Source: Patescibacteria group bacterium (GTDB lineage: Bacteria > Patescibacteriota > Microgenomatia > JBGSIU01). From it: DNA of 64,000 nucleotides. Positions 18,198 to 28,275 of this stretch are shown one piece after another. Within the stretch, counting starts at the first letter, position 1; every line of letters starts with the position of its first letter. The DNA lies in the NCBI GenBank assembly GCA_041742375.1, contig JBGSIU010000044.1, forward strand, positions 2,161 to 66,160, written 5' to 3'. The notes beneath the pieces were generated by a model that was given only the letters and a program-made list of their open reading frames with translations, had not been told where the DNA came from and did no database searches. The position numbers were made by a program, and so were the translations under genes.

Positions 18198-19211
18198 TAG
18201 TGGGACAAATATTAAGGGTGAGAAGCCAATCAGCGTTGGCATGAAAGTAATACCCCAATAATCGTTGTAATTTTGAGCTGCAAAAGGTAAGACAAGGAGC
18301 AAAGACCAAAAAGAGAGCAGCAGATAATTCATATTTTCGCGGCGAATTCTCAAGACACAAAAAAACGTCGAGATAAATGAGATGGCGATCAAAAATATAT
18401 TACTTCGGAAGTTGATTAGGGGAAACTTCCTCATTGAAAAAGCGGTCATATTTAAAAAAGCAATTTTATTAAATTTTAAATAATGCGAGAAAGACAAAGA
18501 TTTAGGTAGGGGATAATTATTGATGTTTTCAACATGAATTAGGTAAAAAATCCCAAAAATGAAAATTGGAATAAAAAAAACAATTCGGTTTTTCTTCAAA
18601 AGAAGTGAATAAATAAACATTGCCAAGACGGGGATTATAAAAATTTCCCGAGTTAAAATTGATAAAGTGGAAAATAATACGGAGGTTGACAATTTATCAT
18701 AAATAAGAAAGAGCAAGGCGAAAATAAAAGCAAACCATCCCCACCATTCGTGAAAAAGAAAAGACGTTGCGTAACTAAAAACATCTCTAAAATAAAAGGA
18801 CACGAGCAATGGTCCAAAAACAGCCATTTGCCACGGAATGAACTTTTTGAGTATTAAAAAAATACCATAAAAAGATAAAAAAGCACCAAGCCAAAATAAA
18901 ATTGCAATTTGTGAGCCGTTTGAAGCAAATAATCTCCAAAAATAATAAACCGTCGGAGGCCTCCACATGAAAGGATCTTTTGTCAGTCCGCCTTGCCGTG
19001 CGTCGTTTCGGAAAGCAATGGGTAATGCTTCGTAATAGTCCTTACCGGATTTAACGAGATAAAAAACTTTCAGATAGAGCATTCCGTCGCTCCTCACGAT
19101 TGTCGGTTCCGGAAAGCGGTTTTCTTTCAAAAAGGAAAATACTAACGTAATACAATTTAGAAAATATATGAAAATGAAAAAGCACAACAGGCAGGAAAGG
19201 ATTTTTTTCAT
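18090..19211 (-). CDS. Multi-pass membrane protein, probable GT-C glycosyltransferase
   Basis: SDG..Y, WRPP, FHEWW and TRE motifs; hydrophobic helices. Confidence 0.7.
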   Translation of the reverse strand: MKKILSCLLCFFIFIYFLNCITLVFSFLKENRFPEPTIVRSDGMLYLKVFYLVKSGKDYYEALPIAFRNDARQGGLTKDPFMWRPPTVYYFWRLFASNGSQIAILFWLGAFLSFYGIFLILKKFIPWQMAVFGPLLVSFYFRDVFSYATSFLFHEWWGWFAFIFALLFLIYDKLSTSVLFSTLSILTREIFIIPVLAMFIYSLLLKKNRIVFFIPIFIFGIFYLIHVENINNYPLPKSLSFSHYLKFNKIAFLNMTAFSMRKFPLINFRSNIFLIAISFISTFFCVLRIRRENMNYLLLSFWSLLLVLPFAAQNYNDYWGITFMPTLIGFSPLIFVPLSRVINLRFLRNFLPEKFSRVIFVSFRQFFIFFGIF

Positions 19212-19217
19212 GAGTTA

Positions 19218-19226
19218 AGTATACCA
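19218..19226 (-). promoter_or_regulatory. Putative extended -10 promoter (TGgTATACT), leaderless spacing
   Basis: 6 nt upstream of the minus-strand ATG at 19211. Confidence 0.55.
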
Positions 19227-19274
19227 GTTTATACATTTTAAGGCGAAATTTAGTAAAATTAACGAAGAACAATA

Positions 19275-20678
19275 ATGTTTAATAAAATAATCAATCACAA
19301 ATATATTATTCCGTTTCTGATTATCATCTTTTTCTCAACCTGCGACGTCATTTTGCTTCTTAACAAGTTTTGGCAAGGTGAGTTTTACGCGGTAGATAAC
19401 GTATATTTTGACACCGCCATCTGGAAAGCGTCGCGTTTTCAAGCTCCAATCGTGCAGCATTTTGCTCTTGGCCGAGTAAACATTCTGGGCGATCATTTTC
19501 ATCCGACAATTTTTCTCTTGTCTCCTCTTTATTGGTTTTCGTCTTCGCCAGCGGTGATTCTTGTCGGCATGGTGCTTGCTTATGCGGCAAGCGCGGTTAT
19601 TCTGGCCATGACCGGATACAAACTCGTGAAAAATAAATTAATCGTTAATATTCTTTTGATTTCATATTTTTTATATATCGGAACACAGAATGCGTTTCTT
19701 TATGGGTTTCATGAATTAAATTTGATGCCTCTATTTTTCTCGCTGGTGTTTTATTCTTTAATTTCCGGCAAAAATAAACTTTTCTGGATTTCAATTTCTC
19801 TTCTCCTGTTAACAAAAGAAACAATGGCTCCAGTTATGATTGGTGTTGGAATATATATATTTTTCTGGTATCCTCAAAAACGAAAAACTGCAATTTTTTC
19901 AATCGTTCTTTCTGTTGTATATTTTTTAATCGTCACCCGATTTGTTATCCCCGTTTTTTCCGGTAAATTTTTTTATCAAAATATTTCTCACCCAAATTCC
20001 GTTGGTGAAGTATTTACTCATTTTTTTAATCCTGCTGAAAAGAGAGATGTTATTTTTAAAACATTTGCTTCTTTTGGTTTCCTGCCAATTTTTAATTTGC
20101 CATTCCTGCCGATTATTCTTCAAGATTTATTAATAAGATTTTTATTTTCTCCAAATTGGGTGGTGCAATACACAATTAATTATCATTACAATATTGTTCT
20201 TGCGCCAATGATGTTTGTTTCATTTATATATATGGCGGCGAAAATTCAAACAAGAAAAATAGGAAGAATGATATCAACGATTTTTGTTTTTATCGGCTTA
20301 TTATCAAGCCTGATAATGTTTAGACAATGTCCCCTGCGGCTCGTGTCTAACCCTTTTTTCTACGAGCAAACGGCAAAAACCTTTGAAATGAGAAATTTTG
20401 TTAACAAAGTTCCCGTCCGAGGAAGGATTATGGCGCAAAATAATTTAGCATATTATTTTTCTCATACCGATGTCTTTCTTTTTGTTATGAATGAAAAAGA
20501 ATTTAATAAAATAGATCCTGACATTGTTGTTTGTGATTTGACAAAAGGACAGTTTCCAAAGAATTATTTGCCTTTGACTGAAAGAGAAATGGGATTATTT
20601 GTCAAAAAACTTACGCAAAATCATGAATACAGGTTATTATATAAAGAGAAAAGTAGATATATTTTTACCAAAAAATGA
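19275..20678 (+). CDS. DUF2079-family membrane protein (probable GT-C), paralogue of 12043-13437
   Basis: YFDTAIW, GDHFHP, GFHE, TKE, YHYN, AQNNLA. Confidence 0.78.
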   Translation: MFNKIINHKYIIPFLIIIFFSTCDVILLLNKFWQGEFYAVDNVYFDTAIWKASRFQAPIVQHFALGRVNILGDHFHPTIFLLSPLYWFSSSPAVILVGMVLAYAASAVILAMTGYKLVKNKLIVNILLISYFLYIGTQNAFLYGFHELNLMPLFFSLVFYSLISGKNKLFWISISLLLLTKETMAPVMIGVGIYIFFWYPQKRKTAIFSIVLSVVYFLIVTRFVIPVFSGKFFYQNISHPNSVGEVFTHFFNPAEKRDVIFKTFASFGFLPIFNLPFLPIILQDLLIRFLFSPNWVVQYTINYHYNIVLAPMMFVSFIYMAAKIQTRKIGRMISTIFVFIGLLSSLIMFRQCPLRLVSNPFFYEQTAKTFEMRNFVNKVPVRGRIMAQNNLAYYFSHTDVFLFVMNEKEFNKIDPDIVVCDLTKGQFPKNYLPLTEREMGLFVKKLTQNHEYRLLYKEKSRYIFTKK

Positions 20679-21766
20679 AAAAAATAATTATTCTTGTCGA
20701 TGTTTATTTGCCATTTGTTGGGGGTGGGCAAATTTGGGTTAAGGAAATTTCAGAATATCTTGTGAAAAATAAAGATATTGCAATCGAAATCGTCACCCGA
20801 AAGCTAAGGTGGAATGGCACAATCGCGTCATCTTCAGAAAACCTGCTTGGCGGAAAATTAAAAATAACGCGGCTTGGATTTGTTTCGTCCTGGAATAATA
20901 TCTTCTCAAGGCTTGCGTTTATTGTCCAGTCATTTATTTATCTTATATTTTTGGATTTTGACCTAATAGATGTGCAGGTTTTTGTTTCCGCAATTCCCGG
21001 CAAGTTTGCGGCATTAATTAAAGGTAAGCCGATCATCCTGACGGTTCACGGTACATCCCTTGAGAAAGAAAACTGCAGTTTGCTTGAAAAAATCATTTTA
21101 ACTGGAATAAAATACGATGCCGAGATAACGGTGGCATCTAACTTTCTTAAGTTCGCGAACGTCAACTCACAAATTAAGGTTATTCATCCGGGAATAGACG
21201 CGGAAAATTTTAAATCCGGCCCGAAGCAACATAAAAAAAGTAAAATTATATTTGTCGGAAGATTGGAACCGGAAAAGGGTATAGACATTTTGAAAAAAAT
21301 CATATCTTGTTATAAACAGCAAGGGGTTGATTTTGCGATTGTTGGGGAAGGATCGCTGAAAAATGATTTGAAAAATTATATTTTCTTGAAAAATATCAAC
21401 AACGCTCATTTTCTTGGCGTTCTTTCTCAAAAAGATCTGGCAAAAGAATATGCAAGATCGAATATATTTTTAATGACCTCATACACGGAGGGATATCCGT
21501 TAACTATCATCGAGGCAATGGCTTCCGGTCTGCCGATTGTGGCATCAAACGTTGGCGACATAGGAAAAATCGTCCAAAACAGAGTGAATGGATTTCTGGT
21601 GGATGACTTTCAGGTTGGCAGTTATACTAAGCATATCGATACTTTACTGGAAAATAAAAGCATGCGGGAAATAATGGGACGCACGAATTTGAAAAAATCA
21701 AAAAACTATTCTTGGCATAAAACTGCCGCATCGGTTTATGACATTTATCAAGTTTTATTGAAATGA
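20675..21766 (+). CDS. GT4 glycosyltransferase
   Basis: GGG, FVGRLEPEKG, EGYPLTIIEAMASG. Confidence 0.92.
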   Translation: MKKIIILVDVYLPFVGGGQIWVKEISEYLVKNKDIAIEIVTRKLRWNGTIASSSENLLGGKLKITRLGFVSSWNNIFSRLAFIVQSFIYLIFLDFDLIDVQVFVSAIPGKFAALIKGKPIILTVHGTSLEKENCSLLEKIILTGIKYDAEITVASNFLKFANVNSQIKVIHPGIDAENFKSGPKQHKKSKIIFVGRLEPEKGIDILKKIISCYKQQGVDFAIVGEGSLKNDLKNYIFLKNINNAHFLGVLSQKDLAKEYARSNIFLMTSYTEGYPLTIIEAMASGLPIVASNVGDIGKIVQNRVNGFLVDDFQVGSYTKHIDTLLENKSMREIMGRTNLKKSKNYSWHKTAASVYDIYQVLLK

Positions 21767-23184
21767 AAAAAACGTTTGCGATTTTTATCTATTTAATACT
21801 TTTTTCTTTGCTTCCGGTCATATTCTTCTGGCACATTGTGGAAGACGATTTTATGGACACTATTGCCACTGCCGATGGTCTATTTAAGCTTCATGAGTTG
21901 TGTTATGCGTATTATCATAACTTTGCGGGGGTGGTTGGGATGACCGGTTTCTCTCTGCGCCCGCCCCTGCCAGCGATGAGCTTGGCATTATTTTTTAACC
22001 TTTTTGGGCACAAAACCGTTGCTATTTTTTTCGCATATCTGCTGCCGAGAATTTTAGTGATACCTTTGGTTTTTTTGGTGGCCGAGGAAATAATGAGTAA
22101 ATTTAAAGCTTATCTGGCCGCAACGATAACCGGTTTTTTCTTATTTTTCCAAACATATGCACTGTCGACTTTGAAAGCGGATTCTTTTGTTGTCTTGTTT
22201 ACGCTGGCGAGTCTTTATTTTTATCTTTGCTGGAAAAGAAAAAAAGCGAATTTATATTTATGTTTAAGCGGACTATTTTTGGCTTTCAATCTCCTTTCAA
22301 AAGAAACGGCCATGCCTTTGTCGCTCGTTCTATTTGGTGCAGTGGCGTTTGATGTCGTGCGGCAGAAAAAAATAACCCGATTAATATATTTTCTGATTCC
22401 CGGTGTGATTTTTTATGGATCGTATTTCCTAGTTAATTTTATGTTAACCAAACAAGCGTCTCCGAGTTTTTTCGCATCAAAACTCTACGTTTCGACTTTT
22501 TTCGGCAGTTTCAAAACCTACTTTATGACCGTTTTTTATTATGCCGGTGTTAATTTTAATTATGGGAAACTGTATTCCTTGCAAAGCCTGATTGTTTTTA
22601 TATTTCTGTCTGCGGGAGTTTTATTTTTAATAAAAAGTAAAAAATACATGTTGGTACTCGTTCCTTTCGGATTAATTTTTTTTATTTGTTTTTTAAATTA
22701 CAAAAATATTCAATCCGGTGTTGTTGGTAACAGAGAAATACTTCATCGGATATCGCCGGTCGTGCCCTTTTTGTCGATTTATCTTTTTTGTGGAGCAGAA
22801 TATCTCGCAAAAATAATGCACCGGTTTTTAAAAAAGATTTCCCGGAGAAATTTAGCCATTTGTTTTTCGTTATTCATTTCTTTTACTTTCATATTTAATT
22901 ATTTCCGTTCTCCCTTTGCGCTTGATTATACGGATGAAGAATTTTATGTTAACGCACAGACGATGTTAACCAACAAGCGCGAAATCCGGCCAAGCGATTT
23001 TACATTGAAAAGAAACATCTGCGTTGTTATAAGTTATCCTCAAAAAGAATTCATGGTTAGGAATTTGAGAAAATACCGAGTGAGTGCTTTCCCAAAAAAT
23101 TATAAGGAAATAATTATTTTTTTCTGGGCGATTCCGGCGATTTTTCTGTTATTTTTTGAGAGAAAATATAAAAAATATGATTGA
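21763..23184 (+). CDS. ArnT/PMT-like GT-C glycosyltransferase
   Basis: ADG, RPPLP, KADS, SKET; multi-TM. Confidence 0.72.
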   Translation: MKKTFAIFIYLILFSLLPVIFFWHIVEDDFMDTIATADGLFKLHELCYAYYHNFAGVVGMTGFSLRPPLPAMSLALFFNLFGHKTVAIFFAYLLPRILVIPLVFLVAEEIMSKFKAYLAATITGFFLFFQTYALSTLKADSFVVLFTLASLYFYLCWKRKKANLYLCLSGLFLAFNLLSKETAMPLSLVLFGAVAFDVVRQKKITRLIYFLIPGVIFYGSYFLVNFMLTKQASPSFFASKLYVSTFFGSFKTYFMTVFYYAGVNFNYGKLYSLQSLIVFIFLSAGVLFLIKSKKYMLVLVPFGLIFFICFLNYKNIQSGVVGNREILHRISPVVPFLSIYLFCGAEYLAKIMHRFLKKISRRNLAICFSLFISFTFIFNYFRSPFALDYTDEEFYVNAQTMLTNKREIRPSDFTLKRNICVVISYPQKEFMVRNLRKYRVSAFPKNYKEIIIFFWAIPAIFLLFFERKYKKYD

Positions 23185-23959
23185 CATTCTGACAAGCGTA
23201 AGAAACGGCGAAGAATATATCGCGCTTGCGATTAAAAGCGTTTTGGAACAGACATGTGCCGACTTTTCTTTTTATATCGTCGATGATGCGTCTGATGACA
23301 GCACTTCTGTCGTCATCAGAAGTTTCAAAGATTGTCGAATTAAATTTTTTCAAAACATGAAGCCACGCGGATTGACAGAAAATTTAAATTTTCTTCTTGG
23401 GCAGAGTAAGGGGGAACATATCGCAAGATTCGACGCGGATGACATTTGTCAGAAAGACAGGTTGGAAAAAGAGATGCAATTTATGGCCAAAAATAAGCTT
23501 GACATTATCGGAAGCGATGCGTTCATCATCGATCGCGTGGGGAAAGTAAAAGGAGAAATTAGATATAAGGGAAAAGACATTAAAAAAGACATGTTTGTCG
23601 CAAATGTTTTTCTCCACTCTTCTGTTTTAATGAAAAGAAAAATTTTTGGGAAATTATGTTCGTATCGTGAAAAATATCCAAGAAATGAAGATTATGATCT
23701 CTGGCTTCGGGCATTAAAAGAGGGATTTCGACTGGGTGTTTGCCGGGAGAAATTGATTAATTTCCGAGTTTATCCTTCCTCGGTCTCTCTTGTCAATCTA
23801 AAAGAGCAGCAAATCAATTCGATAAAACTGCGATTTTCGATGATTCAAAATAAAACATATCCGGTGTTTTATGCGCTTTGTCTTGTCCCCCAACTAATTT
23901 CATATCTCCTGCCAAAAAATATCAATCTGCTGATTCATAAATCAATATATCATTCTTAA
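23177..23959 (+). CDS. GT2 glycosyltransferase
   Basis: SVRNGE, DDASDD, ARFDADD, HSSV, EDYDLWLR. ATG 23177 preferred. Confidence 0.9.
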   Translation: MIDILTSVRNGEEYIALAIKSVLEQTCADFSFYIVDDASDDSTSVVIRSFKDCRIKFFQNMKPRGLTENLNFLLGQSKGEHIARFDADDICQKDRLEKEMQFMAKNKLDIIGSDAFIIDRVGKVKGEIRYKGKDIKKDMFVANVFLHSSVLMKRKIFGKLCSYREKYPRNEDYDLWLRALKEGFRLGVCREKLINFRVYPSSVSLVNLKEQQINSIKLRFSMIQNKTYPVFYALCLVPQLISYLLPKNINLLIHKSIYHS

Positions 23960-23963
23960 TTTT

Positions 23964-25088
23964 ATGTTAAGCGATAAAATCTTAGTTTTATTTTTAATGC
24001 GGGGAATGTCTCTTGAAAAATGGAAAGAGGTGGGAATTTATGATCGTGAAATAGAAACATATAAACGACTGTCGCGTCGGTTTAAAAAAATATACATTGT
24101 GTCATATGGTAACAAAGAGGAAAAAAAATTTGAAAAAAAACTTCCGGAAAATATCGAAATACTTCCGAAGGGCAGGCATATTAATAGTTATGTCTATTCT
24201 TTTCTTTCACCCCTTTTGCATTATTCGAAAATAGTGAAAGCAGATTACATAAAAACCGAACAAATGGATGGCGCGTGGAGCGGGGTTATTACGAAGCTTA
24301 TATCTAAAGGAAAATTCATTTTGCGAACCGGATATATTTGGTCAAGATTTCACGCACAAAAAACAAAAAAAACTTTCTTCGACCCTATTGTTCAACTGGG
24401 GATAGAGCTTATCGAAAGAATCTGTTGCTTTTTTGCAGATTATGTAGTCGTTGTCTCTTTGGAGGATAAAAAATATTTAATCGAAAAGCATGCATTTATC
24501 AAAAATAAAATTTACCTGATCCCAAACTATATAAATACGGACATATTTAAAAATAGCAATGTAAACAAAGACAAAGATATCATTTTTGTGGGTAGATTAT
24601 CTCCCCAAAAAAATATTACCTACCTTCTTGAGGCGCTTTCTGGTTTGCCATATAAACTAACAATTATTGGTCAGGGAGACTTGGAAACTGAAATAAAAAG
24701 CGCGGCAGAAAAACTACAGGTCAAAGTAAATTTCATCAAGAATGTTAATAACTACGGGCTTGCGGACATTTTAAACCGACACAAAATCTTTGTTTTGCCT
24801 TCGTTTTTTGAAGGTATGCCAAAAGCACTCCTCGAAGCGATGAGCTGCGGTCTTTGTTGTCTTGTGTCCAATGCTCCGGGTAATCGAGAAGTAATCAAAT
24901 CAGAGAAAAACGGCATTCTTTTTCCGATTAATCAGTCTGATTATCTAAGGAAAACAATTGTCAGATTGATGGAAGATGAAAAAATAAGGGAAGAGCTGGG
25001 AAGAAATGCGCAAGAATGTATTATAAAAAATTATTCGCTGGCTAAAAATATTAGTTTAGAAATTCAAATATATGAATCCGCTAAATAA
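23964..25088 (+). CDS. GT4 glycosyltransferase
   Basis: FVGRLSPQKN, EGMPKALLEAMSCG. Confidence 0.92.
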   Translation: MLSDKILVLFLMRGMSLEKWKEVGIYDREIETYKRLSRRFKKIYIVSYGNKEEKKFEKKLPENIEILPKGRHINSYVYSFLSPLLHYSKIVKADYIKTEQMDGAWSGVITKLISKGKFILRTGYIWSRFHAQKTKKTFFDPIVQLGIELIERICCFFADYVVVVSLEDKKYLIEKHAFIKNKIYLIPNYINTDIFKNSNVNKDKDIIFVGRLSPQKNITYLLEALSGLPYKLTIIGQGDLETEIKSAAEKLQVKVNFIKNVNNYGLADILNRHKIFVLPSFFEGMPKALLEAMSCGLCCLVSNAPGNREVIKSEKNGILFPINQSDYLRKTIVRLMEDEKIREELGRNAQECIIKNYSLAKNISLEIQIYESAK

Positions 25089-25722
25089 CGAAAAAATTAA
25101 TTACTGGCTTACGAGAATATTTGTATTTTTATATAATTTTTCCTATGCGGCGTTGTCCAGTCTTGCGGTTAGGTTTGGCAGAGGGGTTCATCCGAAATAC
25201 CGGATTTTAAAATATCACGAATTTTTTCTTGAGAATATTTTAAGCGAAGATAGTGTTGTTGACATTGGTTCGGGAAGCGGATTGATCGCTTTTGAAGTTT
25301 CCAAAAAAGTTAAAAATGTTGTTGGGATTGAAATTGATGAAAACAAGATTAAGCTTGCCAAAAAAACATATAAACGCCACAATCTTGAGTTCATTCAGGG
25401 AGATGCCATCACTTATCCATTTAAAGAAAAGTTTGACGCGGTTATCTTGTCAAATGTTTTAGAACATATTGAGAAAAGAATAAACTTTTTACAATCATTA
25501 CATAAAATATCCGACAAAATACTGCTTCGTGTTCCGCTTGTCACTCGTGATTGGCTTCCGGTCTATCTTAAATCGCGCGGTTTCGAATATCGTCTTGATA
25601 AAACCCATTTCATTGAATACACAATCGATAATTTAAATAAAGAGCTGAAAAAGTCTTGTTGGAAAATTTCTTTCTCCGAAATATGTTTTGGCGAAATTTG
25701 GGGAGTCGTAAAACCAGTATAA
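25072..25722 (+). CDS. Class I SAM-dependent methyltransferase
   Basis: VVDIGSGSG, GIEID, GDA, NVLEHI. Confidence 0.85.
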   Translation: MNPLNNEKINYWLTRIFVFLYNFSYAALSSLAVRFGRGVHPKYRILKYHEFFLENILSEDSVVDIGSGSGLIAFEVSKKVKNVVGIEIDENKIKLAKKTYKRHNLEFIQGDAITYPFKEKFDAVILSNVLEHIEKRINFLQSLHKISDKILLRVPLVTRDWLPVYLKSRGFEYRLDKTHFIEYTIDNLNKELKKSCWKISFSEICFGEIWGVVKPV

Positions 25723-25728
25723 AACAAT

Positions 25729-26784
25729 ATGAACTATTTAATATATTCGGCAAGTATCGGCACTAATTTTCTTTCCAATTTTCAAAGATATTATTTAAGT
25801 TATTTGGTGGAGGATTCGGACTGGGTGATTAAAAGGGTTGGTGAGAATTTGGTTAAAAGCCTCAAGGAGATGAAGCCGAATTTTAAAACGAGAATCAGTT
25901 TGTCCCCATTTTTACTCAATAACCAGATTGTTCACTATGGTTCGGAAAATGTTTTTTTCGGAAAAAATAGATGCTATTTGCCTTCATCTTCGTGCAAAAT
26001 AATTCTCACATGGTTTCATTTTGGGGAGAGAGACAAGAGATTGAAACTGCTTCTTGAAAATCAGGATAAAATTGCCTTTCTTCACACGGCGTGTTCAGAA
26101 ATGAAAAATCGATTTGTGAAAGCAGGCTTTGATAATAATAAAATTGTGGTAATTCCCCTTGGCGTTGATCTTTCGAAATTCAAACAATACAAAGAAGATG
26201 TCCGTAAGTTTTTGCGCACGAAATACAAAATTCCGTCACGTCGTTTGATTATCGGTTCTTTTCAGAAAGACGGCACCGGTTGGCAAGAGGGAAATCGCCC
26301 TAAAATGATCAAAGGGCCGGACATTTTGGTTGACACGCTGATTAAATTGAAAAAACATCATCCCTTTGTTTTGCTTTCCGGTCCGGCACGCGGCTATGTC
26401 ATCCAAAATCTGAAAAAGAATAAAATTGAACACGTTCATATTTTTTTGAATGACCACTCAAAAATGCCGGAACTTTATCAATGTCTTGACACGTATTTAA
26501 TTACCTCTCGTGAAGAAGGCGGACCAATGGCGCTTCTGGAAGCGATGGCATGCGGTGTGCCGGTTGTTTCGACACGCGTCGGAATGTCAAACGATTTGAT
26601 AAAAGACGGAGTAAACGGTTTTTTTGCCGACTTTAATCCCGAAAATATCGCCGCAAAAGCAATAAAATTAATAAATAATACGTCTCTGAAGGAAAAAATA
26701 ATAGATAGCTCGAAAAAAACAATTATGGATTTCGACGAAAAAAAAATCACAAAAAGGTATTTTAATGAAATTTATAGCAAATAA
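25729..26784 (+). CDS. GT4 glycosyltransferase
   Basis: IPLGVD, KGPD, EGGPMALLEAMACG. Confidence 0.9.
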   Translation: MNYLIYSASIGTNFLSNFQRYYLSYLVEDSDWVIKRVGENLVKSLKEMKPNFKTRISLSPFLLNNQIVHYGSENVFFGKNRCYLPSSSCKIILTWFHFGERDKRLKLLLENQDKIAFLHTACSEMKNRFVKAGFDNNKIVVIPLGVDLSKFKQYKEDVRKFLRTKYKIPSRRLIIGSFQKDGTGWQEGNRPKMIKGPDILVDTLIKLKKHHPFVLLSGPARGYVIQNLKKNKIEHVHIFLNDHSKMPELYQCLDTYLITSREEGGPMALLEAMACGVPVVSTRVGMSNDLIKDGVNGFFADFNPENIAAKAIKLINNTSLKEKIIDSSKKTIMDFDEKKITKRYFNEIYSK

Positions 26785-26808
26785 TAGATATCATATAATA
26801 TTAAAGAT

Positions 26809-28275
26809 ATGAAATTTCTCCAAAAGAAAAACTTGGCGATCATCTGTTTAATTGCGATTATTATCTTTTCAATAATTATTCGATTTTGGTTTTTCTGGGA
26901 CGGCAATTTTTCCGGTGATGAATCTGCACACGCAATGAAAGCAATAAGCGTTGGCATAGGCATTAAAGATTTAATTACGATTAAAAATACGCAAATCGCC
27001 CTTCATAATGTTTTTGATCCAATTATGTCCCATGCTCATCCTCCCCTTGAATTTTTAATCGTTGTTCCTTTTGTGATCTTTCAACCGAGAGAGTTTTTTG
27101 TTAGGTTGCCGTTTATTCTTGTTAATTTGGTGACTTTAATTTTAGGCTGTGTATTAGTTGGAAAAAAACAGAACAAGATCAAAACAATATCGTTTTTGAT
27201 ATTTTTCGGGACGTCTCTGTATGTTGTTTGGTGGAGTCAAACTGCAATGTACCAGAGTTTGGCAATTTCAGTCGGATTTTTTATTTCCCTTTCTTTTATT
27301 AAACTGTCAAAGCAACCTACGAAAAAGATATTATTCACGAATTCTGTTTTACTGGGAATTGGCTTAATGGTGTTTTCTGATTTTTTTCTGTATATCCCAG
27401 TTTTTCTGTTTATTTTATATGAAAAACGATCGTATTTCTCAAAAAATGACATGCTTTTCGCGTTAACAATTTTTATTTTGATTTGTGGGCCGTTTTATTT
27501 AACCTGGATTATTTACGGTTTTTTGCCGGGTACGGAAAAAATCGGCTTTAACTATTTTATTCATAATAAATTCAGTGGGCAGATAAATATTTTTCGGAAT
27601 ACCGAAAGTTACGCAAGGAATTTTTTTCTTTTTCCTGGAGTTTTTGTTCTCTTTCCCGCAGTCATCTATTCTTTGTTTAAAAAGACGAGAGAATCGAAAT
27701 ATCTAATACCTGTTTTTTTATCGTATTATATTATTTATGTTTTAAAACCAACCGCCCCATATTTTTATTTTTGTGCGGTTTTTGGACCTTTATGTTTAAT
27801 CGCGATTTCAGGAATATCGAAAATGAAAAAAAGACACGCATTAATTTTATTGATACTGACTTTATTAGTTAATATTTTCACTCTTTCGCCTATTTTTAAT
27901 AGACAATTTAATGGTTTAATTTTTTTCGATACGAATCCGAAAGATCGAGTTAAATATTTTGGAGATATCATCAAAAGATGTACTTTGCAAGATAATGAAA
28001 CCTATCTAAGTACCTCCGATCCTTGGCGAACAAATTATTATTTCGGCAGGCCTAGTCTATATGAATCCGAGAACTTTACAGGTGTCAAAAAAAAACTCAA
28101 GTTATTTTTATCCAAAAAAGATAATTATATTAACTTAACAGTAAAATTCATACATTTCCAAAATGGATTATTGGATGACAATTTGCAAAGCGAGTTAGAG
28201 AAAAAAGCATTAAAGATTCTATTTTTTGGCAATGAAAAACTGCTATTATTTCGCGACTGTAATATTCAAAAATGA
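26809..28275 (+). CDS. ArnT/PMT-like GT-C glycosyltransferase
   Basis: IRF...GDE, HPPL, RLP; multi-TM. TATAAT lies 9 nt upstream of the ATG. Confidence 0.75.
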   Translation: MKFLQKKNLAIICLIAIIIFSIIIRFWFFWDGNFSGDESAHAMKAISVGIGIKDLITIKNTQIALHNVFDPIMSHAHPPLEFLIVVPFVIFQPREFFVRLPFILVNLVTLILGCVLVGKKQNKIKTISFLIFFGTSLYVVWWSQTAMYQSLAISVGFFISLSFIKLSKQPTKKILFTNSVLLGIGLMVFSDFFLYIPVFLFILYEKRSYFSKNDMLFALTIFILICGPFYLTWIIYGFLPGTEKIGFNYFIHNKFSGQINIFRNTESYARNFFLFPGVFVLFPAVIYSLFKKTRESKYLIPVFLSYYIIYVLKPTAPYFYFCAVFGPLCLIAISGISKMKKRHALILLILTLLVNIFTLSPIFNRQFNGLIFFDTNPKDRVKYFGDIIKRCTLQDNETYLSTSDPWRTNYYFGRPSLYESENFTGVKKKLKLFLSKKDNYINLTVKFIHFQNGLLDDNLQSELEKKALKILFFGNEKLLLFRDCNIQK

